A DNA stretch of 64,000 nucleotides. It comes from an uncultured Candidatus Melainabacteria bacterium. GTDB lineage: Bacteria > Cyanobacteriota > Vampirovibrionia > Gastranaerophilales > Gastranaerophilaceae. Both the position numbers and the translations under genes were made by a program. The stretch spans positions 41,206 to 105,205 of the forward strand of contig CAKUUX010000001.1 in assembly GCA_934693165.1 (NCBI GenBank), written 5' to 3'. The notes beneath the pieces are model-generated. The model did no database searches, was not told where the DNA came from, and saw nothing but the letters and a program-made list of their open reading frames with translations. Within the stretch, counting starts at the first letter, position 1. Every line of letters starts with the position of its first letter. Shown here piece by piece: positions 1 to 10,209 of the stretch.

Positions 1-408
1 CTCATTGTAATGTGATATTGGTAGTTGGAAAATAATTGAAAAGTTGCTTTCATCTTCAACTTTTTTCAAAAATCTAGCTTTTTTTTCGTTTATAAAACTA
101 CCATTTGTGCAAATGCAAACATTAGTTCTTGTAAGACAAAGACGAAGAATATTATTAAAGTCAGGATGAGTCATAGGTTCTGCACCTGTTAAATAAATAC
201 AATTTAAATTTTCATCCATTGTTTGTTCAATTGTTTGTTTGACTTTTTCTATTGGAATAAAGTCCTTTTCTTTTCTACTTATTGGAAAATCAATGTAACA
301 TTGTTTACAGCGTTGATTGCAATTTTTCGCTGTAAGTTCTATAAAAAGATTATTTAATTCTTTAAGTGTGCACACTGGTGCGCATAGCAATTTATCTTCG
401 GCATTCAT
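1..408 (-). CDS. Radical SAM domain protein, 5' portion; the gene continues beyond the window start.
   Basis: Minus-strand translation from the ATG at 406-408 gives MNAEDKLLCAPVCTLKELNNLFIELTAKNCNQRCKQCYIDF...LTGAEPMTHPDF. It carries the CxxxCxxC radical-SAM cluster motif (CNQRCKQC) and a GGEP-like SAM-binding motif. This gene is not in the supplied ORF track because it runs off the edge. Confidence 0.5.
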   Translation of the reverse strand, partial: MNAEDKLLCAPVCTLKELNNLFIELTAKNCNQRCKQCYIDFPISRKEKDFIPIEKVKQTIEQTMDENLNCIYLTGAEPMTHPDFNNILRLCLTRTNVCICTNGSFINEKKARFLKKVEDESNFSIIFQLPISHYNE

Positions 409-493
409 AATATCTACTCCTTTTATCTGTATTTTAAATCAGTATAAAAGTTTTAATATTCGCCATGAGGTTATAACAAAAATAATAATTGTA

Positions 494-1795
494 CTATTTT
501 AGTAGTTCAATTGGTTTTTTAATTTGGAAATGTTTTATAAGTTGCTTATGCTTTTCTTTTTTATACAAATAAAAATCAACATCAAGAGTGTCTTTTTTTG
601 GATTTAAGTTTTTACCTTTTAACTCTGTTGCAAGATTAATTATAGAAGTTTGTTGTCCAATTGGGAAAATGTTTTCATAGGCAAACACTGCTTTATCAAA
701 TGTTTTAATGGTATGACCATCTTCTTTAAAGATAAATCTTGCTGTTAAATCCTTTATGTTAAATGGAGAATTATTTCTTAATTGAAGTTTTATATTAATA
801 TCTAAGTTTTTACTTTTTTTGTTATAAGCGACAATGATATCAGACATGTGAACCAATACATCGTTTTTGTACAGAATATTATCTGATACGTAATTTTGGA
901 AATTTTTAGCTTTCATTGCATACAAATCTCTTCCAGCTGTATCGCCTAATTCTTCAGAACTTTCAGAAATTTTCATCAACAAGTCATAATACATGTAGTA
1001 ATTAAGCATTTCAGGTGCTTTTTTTCTAACGTATTCTAGCAAGTCGTAAGCTTTATTTGGATCTGTTTCAATATATAAAAGAGCTAATTTATAATTGATT
1101 TGAGGTTTATCATTTAATTTATCAGCTTTTTCTAAATAAAAAGTTCCGTCTTCAATTAGACCTTTTTCAATAAATACGTCTGCCATTGATTCATAACAAT
1201 CAGAAAGTTTAATTTGTGCTTCGTGTAATTCTTTTTTATTACATCTTTTCAAATAGAAGATGGCTTTTTCATATTTTGTAGAAGCTAGTGGATAGTATTC
1301 TTGAGCATAAAGTTTATCACCAATTTCTTTATAGACAATACCTTTGTTTTTGATAAGTTTTTTATCAGGTTTGTCTGTAATTTCATCCATTAATTTTTGA
1401 GCTTCATCCAATCTATTTAATTTAATGTATAAAGTTGCAAGCTTATATCTTGCTTTGTAGGCAAGGTATGGAGATTTTTCAACAGCTGTTTTTAATTCTC
1501 TTTCTGCTTTTGGATAATCTCTTTTTATTGCATATAAAGTACCTAATCTTATGTTATATCCATAATTTTTTGGATATTTTGCAAGTAAATATTGGTTTTT
1601 TTCTATTAAAAAGTCGATTAAATAATAATCTAATTCATCAGTATTTTTAGAAATAACAGGATTTTTTATTGAATTAGGTATCATAATCCAAGACATAGTC
1701 ATAATGCCTGCAACGATAATTGCAACTACAAAAAAGGTTATGAAAAATGTCTTAGAATATTCTTTTACTTCCTTGTTAATTTCGTTATTATTCAT
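494..1795 (-). CDS. Membrane-anchored tetratricopeptide (TPR) repeat protein.
   Basis: N-terminal hydrophobic helix (FFITFFVVAIIVAGIMTMSWIM) followed by repeated TPR-like A/Y/L-spaced helices (YLLAKY, LGTLYAI, LATLYIKL). Confidence 0.55.
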   Translation of the reverse strand: MNNNEINKEVKEYSKTFFITFFVVAIIVAGIMTMSWIMIPNSIKNPVISKNTDELDYYLIDFLIEKNQYLLAKYPKNYGYNIRLGTLYAIKRDYPKAERELKTAVEKSPYLAYKARYKLATLYIKLNRLDEAQKLMDEITDKPDKKLIKNKGIVYKEIGDKLYAQEYYPLASTKYEKAIFYLKRCNKKELHEAQIKLSDCYESMADVFIEKGLIEDGTFYLEKADKLNDKPQINYKLALLYIETDPNKAYDLLEYVRKKAPEMLNYYMYYDLLMKISESSEELGDTAGRDLYAMKAKNFQNYVSDNILYKNDVLVHMSDIIVAYNKKSKNLDINIKLQLRNNSPFNIKDLTARFIFKEDGHTIKTFDKAVFAYENIFPIGQQTSIINLATELKGKNLNPKKDTLDVDFYLYKKEKHKQLIKHFQIKKPIELLK

Positions 1796-2495
1796 CAGCT
1801 TCCTGTATTGCTATTGAAGTTATACCATTAAGTAATTCGCATTTTTTGTAAACAGTTTGTAGAGGTTTGTTATCTTTAACATTTATAACTGCGACAATTT
1901 TTGCGTCATGATCTTTATCAGAATCAACTTTTTTAATTTCGTTTAAGTATGGGAATTCTTTCATTAAATCTTCTTGAACAGTTTCTACACAATCTTTTTG
2001 ACATTTTAAAGAAAGTTTTAATCTTTTGTTCATAATTTTTCTTTTAGCAAGAATGTTTTTTTCCATCCATTTAATGCTAATTAAAACAAGAACACTCAAA
2101 ATTGTTGCAACAATTGCAATGCCAAAATGACCTGTACCACAAGCCATACCAACTGCAGCTGCAATCCAAAGAGTTGATGCTGTAGTTAAACCATGAACAG
2201 AAGAACCATTTTTCATTACAGTACCAGCGCCAATAAAACCAATACCAGTTACAATTTGCGCAGCAACACGAGAAGTATCTCTGATACCTGTTGCTTGGGC
2301 TAGGATTACATTATCACCACCTGCAAATGTCGGAAATCCATAAATTGACAACAATGTGAACACGCAAGAACCTAAACATACAAAAATATGTGTTCTTAAA
2401 CCTGCTTGTTTGTTTGTTAATTCTCTTTCTAAACCTAGTGAAAAGCCTAGAATTACTGAACATATTAAACTTATTAAATATTGACTCATTTCCAC
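1788..2495 (-). CDS. mgtC: MgtC/SapB family membrane protein.
   Basis: N-terminal GFSLGLERE motif, four to five transmembrane segments, and a C-terminal soluble ACT-like domain. Confidence 0.7.
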   Translation of the reverse strand: MEMSQYLISLICSVILGFSLGLERELTNKQAGLRTHIFVCLGSCVFTLLSIYGFPTFAGGDNVILAQATGIRDTSRVAAQIVTGIGFIGAGTVMKNGSSVHGLTTASTLWIAAAVGMACGTGHFGIAIVATILSVLVLISIKWMEKNILAKRKIMNKRLKLSLKCQKDCVETVQEDLMKEFPYLNEIKKVDSDKDHDAKIVAVINVKDNKPLQTVYKKCELLNGITSIAIQEADE

Positions 2496-3560
2496 CTATC
2501 TCATTTTACTTTTTGGGTCTAAAATATCTCTTATTGTATCACCTATTAGATTAAATGACAGAACTGCAACAAAAATTAAGAAACCAGGAGTTAAAAGCCA
2601 AGGTCTATAAAGAATATTTGTATATTCTTGTGCTTCCTTAAGCATATTACCCCAACTAGCGTCAGGTTGTTGAATACCTAGTCCTAAGAAACTTAAACCT
2701 GATTCTGATAATATGTAAGATGGTACAGATAATGTCATTGCTACAATAACGTAACTTGTTGTTTGAGGAAGAATATGTTTTAAAATAATTCTCATATTAG
2801 ATGCGCCAATAGATTTTGCGCTTTCTACAAATTCTTGAGTTTTAATAGATAAAACCATACCTCTTACAACCCTTGCAAATCCTGCCCAACCAATAAGAGC
2901 AAGGATTATAACAATTAGCATAAATCTTTGGATACTTGTCATATTTGGTGGTAAAATTGCTGCCAAAATAATCAACAAATAAAAACTTGGAATTGACATT
3001 ACTGCTTCTGCAAATCTCATCATAAAGATATCTACTTTTCCACCAAAATATCCTGAAATTCCACCATAGATAAGTCCAATAGGGAATAAGACAAATAATG
3101 CCAAAAATCCTATTGTCATTGAAATTCTTCCACCAAAAAGTAGTCGTGAAAATACGTCACGTCCATTTATATCTCCTCCTAAAAGATATAATCTACCTTC
3201 GTTTTCAACTGTTACTAAGTGTCTTTTCATTGGAATTAAGCCAAAAGCTTTGTATTCAACGCCTTTGCCTAAAAATTTCAAATAATATTTATGACTTCTA
3301 TCAAGTTTGTAAGTTGTTTCTAAAAGTTCTGGATTAAACTCTCTTTTATAATTATAAGTGTAAGGTCTTGAAAATTTACCGTTTTCATCAATAGTAAATA
3401 CTGGTGAAGGTGGTACGTAAGAAAGTTCTCTATCAGAAAAATCTTTTGTATAAGGTGCAAGAAAATCTGCAAATAAAAGTGCCATATAAATTACTACAAG
3501 CACAATTAAGGCTAATAATGAAAACTTATCTTTAACTAATTGTCTTAAAATTTCCATCAT
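2496..3560 (-). CDS. Oligopeptide/dipeptide ABC transporter permease, OppC/DppC type.
   Basis: N-terminal OppC-like extension and six transmembrane segments. It has the binding-protein-dependent transport signature region (SIKTQEFVESAKSIGASNMRIILKHILP). Confidence 0.8.
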   Translation of the reverse strand: MMEILRQLVKDKFSLLALIVLVVIYMALLFADFLAPYTKDFSDRELSYVPPSPVFTIDENGKFSRPYTYNYKREFNPELLETTYKLDRSHKYYLKFLGKGVEYKAFGLIPMKRHLVTVENEGRLYLLGGDINGRDVFSRLLFGGRISMTIGFLALFVLFPIGLIYGGISGYFGGKVDIFMMRFAEAVMSIPSFYLLIILAAILPPNMTSIQRFMLIVIILALIGWAGFARVVRGMVLSIKTQEFVESAKSIGASNMRIILKHILPQTTSYVIVAMTLSVPSYILSESGLSFLGLGIQQPDASWGNMLKEAQEYTNILYRPWLLTPGFLIFVAVLSFNLIGDTIRDILDPKSKMR

Positions 3561-3563
3561 ATC

Positions 3564-4538
3564 TTACCCCCTAACTCTTATTCTAGGGTCAGTAATAATT
3601 AGCAATATATCAGAAATCAGGTTTCCTAATATAAGCATAAATGCACCCATCATTAAGGATGCCATAACAAGATTTATATCTGATTTAAGAACTGCTTCAA
3701 GAATTAATCTTCCTAACCCAGGGTATTGAAAAACATATTCTGTTAACGCTGCGCCAGAAAGTAGAGAAGAAAATTCAAATCCTAAAAGAGTTATCATCGG
3801 ATTTACGGCATTTCTCAAAGCGTGTTTGAATAAAACCTTGTTTTCACTTAAACCTTTTGCTCTTGCAAATTTAATATAATCAGAGTCAAGAACATCAAGG
3901 ATGTTTGCTCTCATTTGTCTTTGCAATCCTGCTAAAGAGATTGTAAATAGTACTGTTACAGGCAATACTAAGTGATAAGCTATATCAAGAACTTGGTGGA
4001 AAAATCCCATATCGTTAAAGTCATAGCTTGTTAAACCTCCAACAGGAAACCAGCCAGTTTTTACTGCAAAAATTAATAACAATATCGCAAAGAAGAAGGA
4101 TGGAATTGCCATACCAATACTCGTTATAAAGGTTAAGAATCTATCAAAAGGTGTTTTCCATTTTACAGCAGCGAGCATTCCGAGAGGAACTGCAACTGCC
4201 CATGTCATAAAGATTACGACTATTGTTAAAAGTAATGTATTTGGTATTCTTTCTTTTAATTTGCTTGCAACACTTTCACCAGTTGAAGTTACTCCCAAAT
4301 CACCTTTTATAAAAGATTTTCCCCACAACAAGTATTGTTGCCAAATAGGTTTATTTAAACCTAATCTTTCAGTTTCTTTTTGAAGTGTTTCTTTAGAAAT
4401 TGATGGGTTTAATTTTAGTTCTGCAAGTGGGTCAACTGGACTCAATCTAATTATAAAAAAGCTTATCAATGATACCAAAATTAGTAATGGTATCGTTTGA
4501 AGTATTCTTTTTAGTATATAAATTAGTATTTGTTGCAT
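3564..4538 (-). CDS. Oligopeptide/dipeptide ABC transporter permease, OppB/DppB type.
   Basis: Six transmembrane segments and the EAA-like loop DYIKFARAKGLSENKVLFKHALRNA. It is coupled to the OppC-like gene with only a 3-bp gap. Confidence 0.8.
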   Translation of the reverse strand: MQQILIYILKRILQTIPLLILVSLISFFIIRLSPVDPLAELKLNPSISKETLQKETERLGLNKPIWQQYLLWGKSFIKGDLGVTSTGESVASKLKERIPNTLLLTIVVIFMTWAVAVPLGMLAAVKWKTPFDRFLTFITSIGMAIPSFFFAILLLIFAVKTGWFPVGGLTSYDFNDMGFFHQVLDIAYHLVLPVTVLFTISLAGLQRQMRANILDVLDSDYIKFARAKGLSENKVLFKHALRNAVNPMITLLGFEFSSLLSGAALTEYVFQYPGLGRLILEAVLKSDINLVMASLMMGAFMLILGNLISDILLIITDPRIRVRG

Positions 4539-4540
4539 TT

Positions 4541-6376
4541 TTATTTATCCACGTAAATTTCTTCTATATTATAACCTATTCCATTTAATGGTGAAGGATA
4601 TACATTTTTAAATTTCTTTCTTATAGCAATAATTCTTACTGGCGAATATAAATAGATGACAAGTTTGTTATCATAAACAATTTGTTGATATTTATCGTAT
4701 AAAGCTTTTCTTTCGTTAAAGTTCGTTTTTAAAGAAGCTTCATCAAAAATATAATCTAATTGTTTTTCAAAATCATATCTGTCATCAAAAGAGTTTTTTT
4801 CAAGTCTTTGGTTAAATAAGTGAAGAGAACCGTAAGAATTCCAAACATTTTTACCATTATGAGGTTCAAGAGGTGAACCTGTTAAACCCATTAAAATCAT
4901 ATCCCAATCAAGAGTATTGACCATTTTGTTTACGAGGGTATTAAATTCAATAGGTTTAAAATTAATCTTCATTCCTAAATCTTCGAGGTCTTGTTTAACC
5001 ATAACGCCAAGAGCTTCTCTTTCTGTGTTTCCGGCATTTGTGTATAAATCAAATTCAACATTATTTCCATATTTGTCGACAAGTTTTCCGTTTCTGTTAT
5101 AAGAAAATCCACCTTTTTTCAAAAATTCTCTTGATGCGTCTATATCTCTTTTGTGACCTTTGATTTTTTCATTTAAAAAGATAGAATTTAAGCTTTCTGC
5201 AGTGAAAAGTGGTGTTGCAAGACCGTTTGCAACATTTTGTACCATATTATCTCTATCAATTGCGTAATCTATTGCGTTTCTAAAGTTTAAATCTCTAAAC
5301 CAAAATTGTTTTTCTGGTTGAACATAATATTTGCCCTCAGAATTTTTTCTATTATTCAAATTTAAGACAATAAACATTGTTCCTGTATCTGGACCAAGAT
5401 TATAAATTTTGTAATCTGAAGAACTTTCTTTTTCTTTGTATCTTGCGACATTTGAACCTTTTAATCCAATCATATCAATTTCTTTTGCTTCAAATTTCAA
5501 GATTTCATTATTAGCGTCGCCAACAATTAAATAAACAACTTTGTTTAAGTATGGAAGTTTTTCATTTTTAGTATTTATTTCGTAGTAATTAGGATTTCTT
5601 GTGAAAACAACTCTTTGTGCAGGAAGATATTCTTTTAATTTAAAAGCCCCAGAGGTTACAAACTTACTAGGTGGAGTTGTTGTAGAATAAAATCCGTCAA
5701 AATATTTAGCGCCTTTTTTTACAGCAGGTTCAAAAACATGCTTTGGCGCAATTTCTGATGAAAGCAATCTTAAAAAAGGTGCAAATGGTTTTGATAGAGT
5801 GAATTTAACTGTATAATCATCAATTTTTGTGATGATAGGAAGTTTACCGTCAATTATGCAAGAATCTCTAAGAGAAGTATTTCCCATTCCTGCAAAAATA
5901 ATGTCTTTCCATGTAAACATAACGTCATCTGCTGTGATAGGTTTGCCGTCAGACCAAGTTAAACCTTTTCTCAAATATACGTAATAATCATTACCCTTAA
6001 TTTCATAACCTTTAGCAAGTTTTGGAATGATTTCTCCTGTTTTAGCATCTGTTGAAAACAAACCGTCAAACATCATGCCTGCCATTTGAGAAGAAGTTGC
6101 ATCTTTTGACGTGAAAGGATTAAAAGTTTTTGGACCTTCTCCAAAAGTTGATAAAATCATTTCTCCACCAAATTTGCCAATGGGAGTCTGACTCTGAAGA
6201 TAGTCAATGCCATTTAACGTGATAGTTTTTGCTCTTGGTGGAAAGGTGAAAATTTGCTCTTGTTGTTGAGCTTGATTTGTTGAAACAGTTTGTTCAGGTA
6301 TATCTCTACGAATACAGGCTTTTAAAAAGAGCAATATAAATAATATTATTAGAATTATGTATAAACCACGTTTCAT
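4541..6376 (-). CDS. ABC transporter substrate-binding protein, family 5 (peptide/nickel, OppA-like).
   Basis: Signal/lipobox-like N-terminus (ILFLKAC) and roughly 600-aa SBP_bac_5 architecture. It is adjacent to and co-directional with the two permeases. Confidence 0.8.
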   Translation of the reverse strand: MKRGLYIILIILFILLFLKACIRRDIPEQTVSTNQAQQQEQIFTFPPRAKTITLNGIDYLQSQTPIGKFGGEMILSTFGEGPKTFNPFTSKDATSSQMAGMMFDGLFSTDAKTGEIIPKLAKGYEIKGNDYYVYLRKGLTWSDGKPITADDVMFTWKDIIFAGMGNTSLRDSCIIDGKLPIITKIDDYTVKFTLSKPFAPFLRLLSSEIAPKHVFEPAVKKGAKYFDGFYSTTTPPSKFVTSGAFKLKEYLPAQRVVFTRNPNYYEINTKNEKLPYLNKVVYLIVGDANNEILKFEAKEIDMIGLKGSNVARYKEKESSSDYKIYNLGPDTGTMFIVLNLNNRKNSEGKYYVQPEKQFWFRDLNFRNAIDYAIDRDNMVQNVANGLATPLFTAESLNSIFLNEKIKGHKRDIDASREFLKKGGFSYNRNGKLVDKYGNNVEFDLYTNAGNTEREALGVMVKQDLEDLGMKINFKPIEFNTLVNKMVNTLDWDMILMGLTGSPLEPHNGKNVWNSYGSLHLFNQRLEKNSFDDRYDFEKQLDYIFDEASLKTNFNERKALYDKYQQIVYDNKLVIYLYSPVRIIAIRKKFKNVYPSPLNGIGYNIEEIYVDK

Positions 6377-6506
6377 TCCTCTATTATGCCAGAAAAATGG
6401 GATTTTTAATACCCCATGTTGAGAATTTTTTGAAAATTTCTCAAAAACGTAAATACATGTAATTAAGAAAATTTTTAAATGTTTTACTTATAAAAGGAGG
6501 TATTTT

Positions 6507-6743
6507 ATGTATCCAATAGAGCTATCTTTGAGTAGACCAAAAAATATTTTGACAGTAAGAGAAGAAGAAGTTTTGATAGAATTAATAAATGGTAAAAATA
6601 ACTATGAAATTGCAAATGATTTGTACATAAGCGTACATACTGTAAAATTTCATGTTGCATCTATCCTCCAAAAATTTGGTGTTTCAAGAAGGACAATGGT
6701 TATCTTGAAAGCTTTAGCAGATGGATGGATAGATATTATCTAA
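6507..6743 (+). CDS. Small LuxR/GerE-type HTH DNA-binding protein (stand-alone).
   Basis: LTVREEEVLIELINGKNNYEIANDLYISVHTVKFHVASILQKFGV matches the LuxR-family HTH signature. A strong SD (AAAGGAGG) lies 7 nt upstream of the ATG. Confidence 0.65.
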   Translation: MYPIELSLSRPKNILTVREEEVLIELINGKNNYEIANDLYISVHTVKFHVASILQKFGVSRRTMVILKALADGWIDII

Positions 6744-9700
6744 ACTTCTTCGGAATGTCTTACAAGTAAAGGAGTAGATTTTAAGTTATTTTTTTCAATT
6801 AACAAATCAGCTTGTTGTTTATAAGAAAGTGATTGTTCTTCATCTCCTTTTACAGAAAGAAGTTTAGAGATTAATAAGTTAAACATTATTGATAAAATTA
6901 CATTTGAATCAGGATTTTTATCTAATAATGAAATTGTATTTTTTGCAATTCCAAGACCAATATCAACACGGTTTTGTACAATTTTTAAATCGGCAATAAA
7001 ATGCCATGCTAAGATAGAAGCGTTTATTAATCCGTTTTGTGTGCTGATTTCTTTAACGTTTTGATAAATCTTTTGCGCCTTATCGTATTCACCAAGAATT
7101 TTGTATGAATATCCAATTAACAAGTCAGAAAGTAAATCTAGTTGTGTTAAATTGTTTTCTTTTGCTGACAATTTAGCTTGATATACATTTTTTGCAAACA
7201 GTTTAATATCAAAGTTGATATTTTCAAAAGCTTTCAACATACTATAAATGTATTTTGCAAAAATGTTTGAATCATCTAACATACTTGGTTCAACGTCTAA
7301 GTAGAAGTCTTCACCGTGAATGTATTTTTGCAAATAGATAAATAGTGAATAAGATTCAGGAATAACTTCTAATTTTTCTTTTGCTTTTTTGATAACAGGT
7401 GTAACATCTTCTAGTTGGAAGATTTTTGCCATGCAAACGTATCCAATAGTATCATAAATTGATGAGAATACTTGTTCTTGAGGCATTTTGTCAGAAATTA
7501 GGACAGAAATATTTTCTGGTGTAAACATTTCTAACAAGTCTTCTCCTAAAGATATACATTCTTTTAAGTTACCTGTATTAAAGAAAATATTTACCTTAAT
7601 CATTGATATCCAGAATAAAACATTGTTGAATTCTTTATCTGTTGGATTGAAGGATGATTTTGGTAATCTTGATAAAATTTTGTTTGCTAAAGTTATTGCC
7701 TGAGTGTAATTACCTGTTCTTAAGCAACATTGCAAGATTTTATTACACAAATTGATAACTTTTTTATCGTCCATTGCGTGTTCAATATTTTCTAAAACAA
7801 GTTTAGAGAAGTTATACAATTTTGTAGGAATGAATTTGTACAACATATTTGAAATGTTGTCATAAATTATCATTTTGTAGTTATTGATAGATTGTTGAGT
7901 TTCTTCGTCAGAATCTTGTTCCATCATTTTTAATAGTAAAATACTGCAATTTAAATATGCACTGAAATCACCTAACATCAATGCGACATTAGATAATATT
8001 TTCCAGAAGTTTTGAATTTTCTTTTTGTCTTCTAAAATATGGAAAACAGTTAAGTTTATTGGTAAAGGAACATTTTCATCAACAATATTATTTAGTAAAT
8101 AATTTGCAATGTTCAACTTATGACTTTTTTCCAACAGAACTTCTGATACTGTTTTTAAAAGGTTGTAGTTATTAAAATATACCACATTGTTTTCTAAATA
8201 GATGTAACCTTTTTCATCAAGAATACCAAGAGCATTTCCTAAGTCAGGTATATTCAAAGATTGAAGAGTTGAGATATCAATTCTTGGCCCTAAAGTTAGT
8301 AATAACATTAAAATACTGTAAGCATTTTTGTCATGAGATAAAAATCTAAATCTTGTTTCAACAAGTTTTTCAATTGTCGGTGGAAATATTACAGAAGTTT
8401 GTTTTACTAAAGCATATTTTCCATTTTTTAATTCGATAATGTTATTTTCTAGTAAATAATTTGTTGCATGATTTAGGTATAATGAGCTACCTTTTGCGTA
8501 TTGAGCAATTTTTTCCATATAGAAAGAATCTAAAATGTTTGCATAAATATCAACAAAAGGTGAAATTATTTTTTCAAAACTAGAACCTTTTACCATAATC
8601 TCTGTATATTGAGGATTTGATAATAAGAAATGAGAATTTTTATGTAGTGAGAAGTTTTCATCTGCAAAGAAAACTAAATTGATATTATATTTGTTAAAAT
8701 CTTTTAATATAAGTTGTAGGATTTCAAAAGAAGTTAAATCAATTTTTTCAAAATTTTCTACGTAAATTAAACAGTGTTCAAGAGAACTAAACAAGATTGC
8801 AAAAATATTGTACAAAGTATCTCTAATATCTTCTGGATTAACATCAGGAAGAGGTTTTAAATTAATTAAAGCTCTTACAACTCCTGCTTTATCAAGTTTG
8901 TCAAAAGTAGAAAAATTATTTTTTACAAAGTTTTTGGCAGAAATTGAAAAATTGAAAATAGAAGACAATAATTCATAGAAAAATCCATAAGGTCTGTTTA
9001 TAGTGTCCTCTGTGCAAGTTACTTTTACAATTTCTTCGCACAATTTATTGTGTTTTACCATAAGAGGAATTTCGTTAGATACAAGATAATATTTTTTATT
9101 CGTTTTTACAGAAATAATATTTTTAGATTGTTTTCCTAACAAAGTTAAAATAGTATTTTCTAATTCACCAGATTCAACGGTTACGAAGTTACAAACTTGT
9201 TCATCAAAGTTTAACTTTTTAATGTTATGGATAATTGTGTCGTCTTCTTCTAGTTCAATTTCTTGATTCAAATCCTCAAGAGAAAGCTGTTTTAATCTTT
9301 CTTTGATATAATCGTCTTTTGGTTCATCTTCTTCTTTTGGAATAGAAATATATTTTTGCAAATCAAGTTCAAAATACATTTCAAGTTTATCTTTTACAAG
9401 AACTGTTCCAAGCTGAGAAACACTAACTTTATCTCTCAAAACATCTGCTGTACTACTGTCAAGAAGTACTTGAAGTGCATTATGGAATTTGCTTTGGGAT
9501 GTATCTTTATACATCATTTTAATATTAAAACCTGATTTAAAGTCATGAAGTTTGGTATTAATATCTTTTTTCATTAATGTGAAATTACATCTTATAAGAG
9601 TATTATGTGTTCTGTGAAGTTTCACATTAAGTTTCATGATTGGTTTTGCAATTTCCAAAATGAATGAAATTGCTTTAAATACAGAAGCATCAAAGTTGCT

Positions 9701-10135
9701 TTCTTTATTAAATTTGATAATAAAAGCGTTATCAATAATTTGCCATTTTAAATCAATTTGAGAACAGAAACCAATTATTAGGTTGTATAAATTTGTTTTA
9801 AATTTTTTGTAAGCCTCTTTTGAATTAAAAATATCTTTTAAGTTTGCAATGTTTGGAAACTCAATAACGACGCATGCAAAATTAATGATAACAGATTCGT
9901 TAAGAGCGATACTCAATTGGGTATCCATGCCACAATTAGGACATTGTCCAATTTCTGTTAAATTAACTTTTCCACAGTTATGGCATTTGCTCAAAATTGT
10001 ATATCCACATTTTGAACAAATGCTTGTTCTGTTTAGAGTTTTGCAGACAGGACAAGTTAATTGTAAGACCTTCTTACAATTAGGGCATATTTTTGTATCT
10101 GGTGTTATTTCATGATTACATTTAGGACAATGCAT
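6740..10135 (-). CDS. Large multidomain protein (1131 aa) with an N-terminal triple zinc-ribbon, a central degenerate nucleotide-cyclase/STAND-like region, and a C-terminal TPR-like helical repeat region.
   Basis: Six CxxC pairs in the first 70 aa (CPKCN..CPNCK..CPVCK..CSKCG..CHNCG..CPNCG). FACVVIEF resembles the cyclase FADIVGFT motif with the catalytic Asp replaced by Cys. No canonical P-loop was seen. The C-terminus is rich in TPR-like helices. Confidence 0.5.
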   Translation of the reverse strand: MHCPKCNHEITPDTKICPNCKKVLQLTCPVCKTLNRTSICSKCGYTILSKCHNCGKVNLTEIGQCPNCGMDTQLSIALNESVIINFACVVIEFPNIANLKDIFNSKEAYKKFKTNLYNLIIGFCSQIDLKWQIIDNAFIIKFNKESNFDASVFKAISFILEIAKPIMKLNVKLHRTHNTLIRCNFTLMKKDINTKLHDFKSGFNIKMMYKDTSQSKFHNALQVLLDSSTADVLRDKVSVSQLGTVLVKDKLEMYFELDLQKYISIPKEEDEPKDDYIKERLKQLSLEDLNQEIELEEDDTIIHNIKKLNFDEQVCNFVTVESGELENTILTLLGKQSKNIISVKTNKKYYLVSNEIPLMVKHNKLCEEIVKVTCTEDTINRPYGFFYELLSSIFNFSISAKNFVKNNFSTFDKLDKAGVVRALINLKPLPDVNPEDIRDTLYNIFAILFSSLEHCLIYVENFEKIDLTSFEILQLILKDFNKYNINLVFFADENFSLHKNSHFLLSNPQYTEIMVKGSSFEKIISPFVDIYANILDSFYMEKIAQYAKGSSLYLNHATNYLLENNIIELKNGKYALVKQTSVIFPPTIEKLVETRFRFLSHDKNAYSILMLLLTLGPRIDISTLQSLNIPDLGNALGILDEKGYIYLENNVVYFNNYNLLKTVSEVLLEKSHKLNIANYLLNNIVDENVPLPINLTVFHILEDKKKIQNFWKILSNVALMLGDFSAYLNCSILLLKMMEQDSDEETQQSINNYKMIIYDNISNMLYKFIPTKLYNFSKLVLENIEHAMDDKKVINLCNKILQCCLRTGNYTQAITLANKILSRLPKSSFNPTDKEFNNVLFWISMIKVNIFFNTGNLKECISLGEDLLEMFTPENISVLISDKMPQEQVFSSIYDTIGYVCMAKIFQLEDVTPVIKKAKEKLEVIPESYSLFIYLQKYIHGEDFYLDVEPSMLDDSNIFAKYIYSMLKAFENINFDIKLFAKNVYQAKLSAKENNLTQLDLLSDLLIGYSYKILGEYDKAQKIYQNVKEISTQNGLINASILAWHFIADLKIVQNRVDIGLGIAKNTISLLDKNPDSNVILSIMFNLLISKLLSVKGDEEQSLSYKQQADLLIEKNNLKSTPLLVRHSEEV

Positions 10136-10209
10136 AAATAAATTATATCAGTTTATTTTAATAAATCAATTTTTTATGTTATAATACCCTTTAAAAGAGG
10201 GAGTTTTCT

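Noticed and set aside
317-502. 61-aa plus-strand ORF at the window start.
   Set aside because: It overlaps, in antisense, the minus-strand radical-SAM gene (1..408), which has clear CxxxCxxC and GGEP motifs.
1435-1650. 71-aa plus-strand ORF inside the TPR gene, and similar ones at 3098..3337, 4917..5102, 7488..7703 and 9849..10115.
   Set aside because: These antisense ORFs lie within better-supported minus-strand genes. They are AT-rich codon noise giving Leu/Phe/Ile-rich products.
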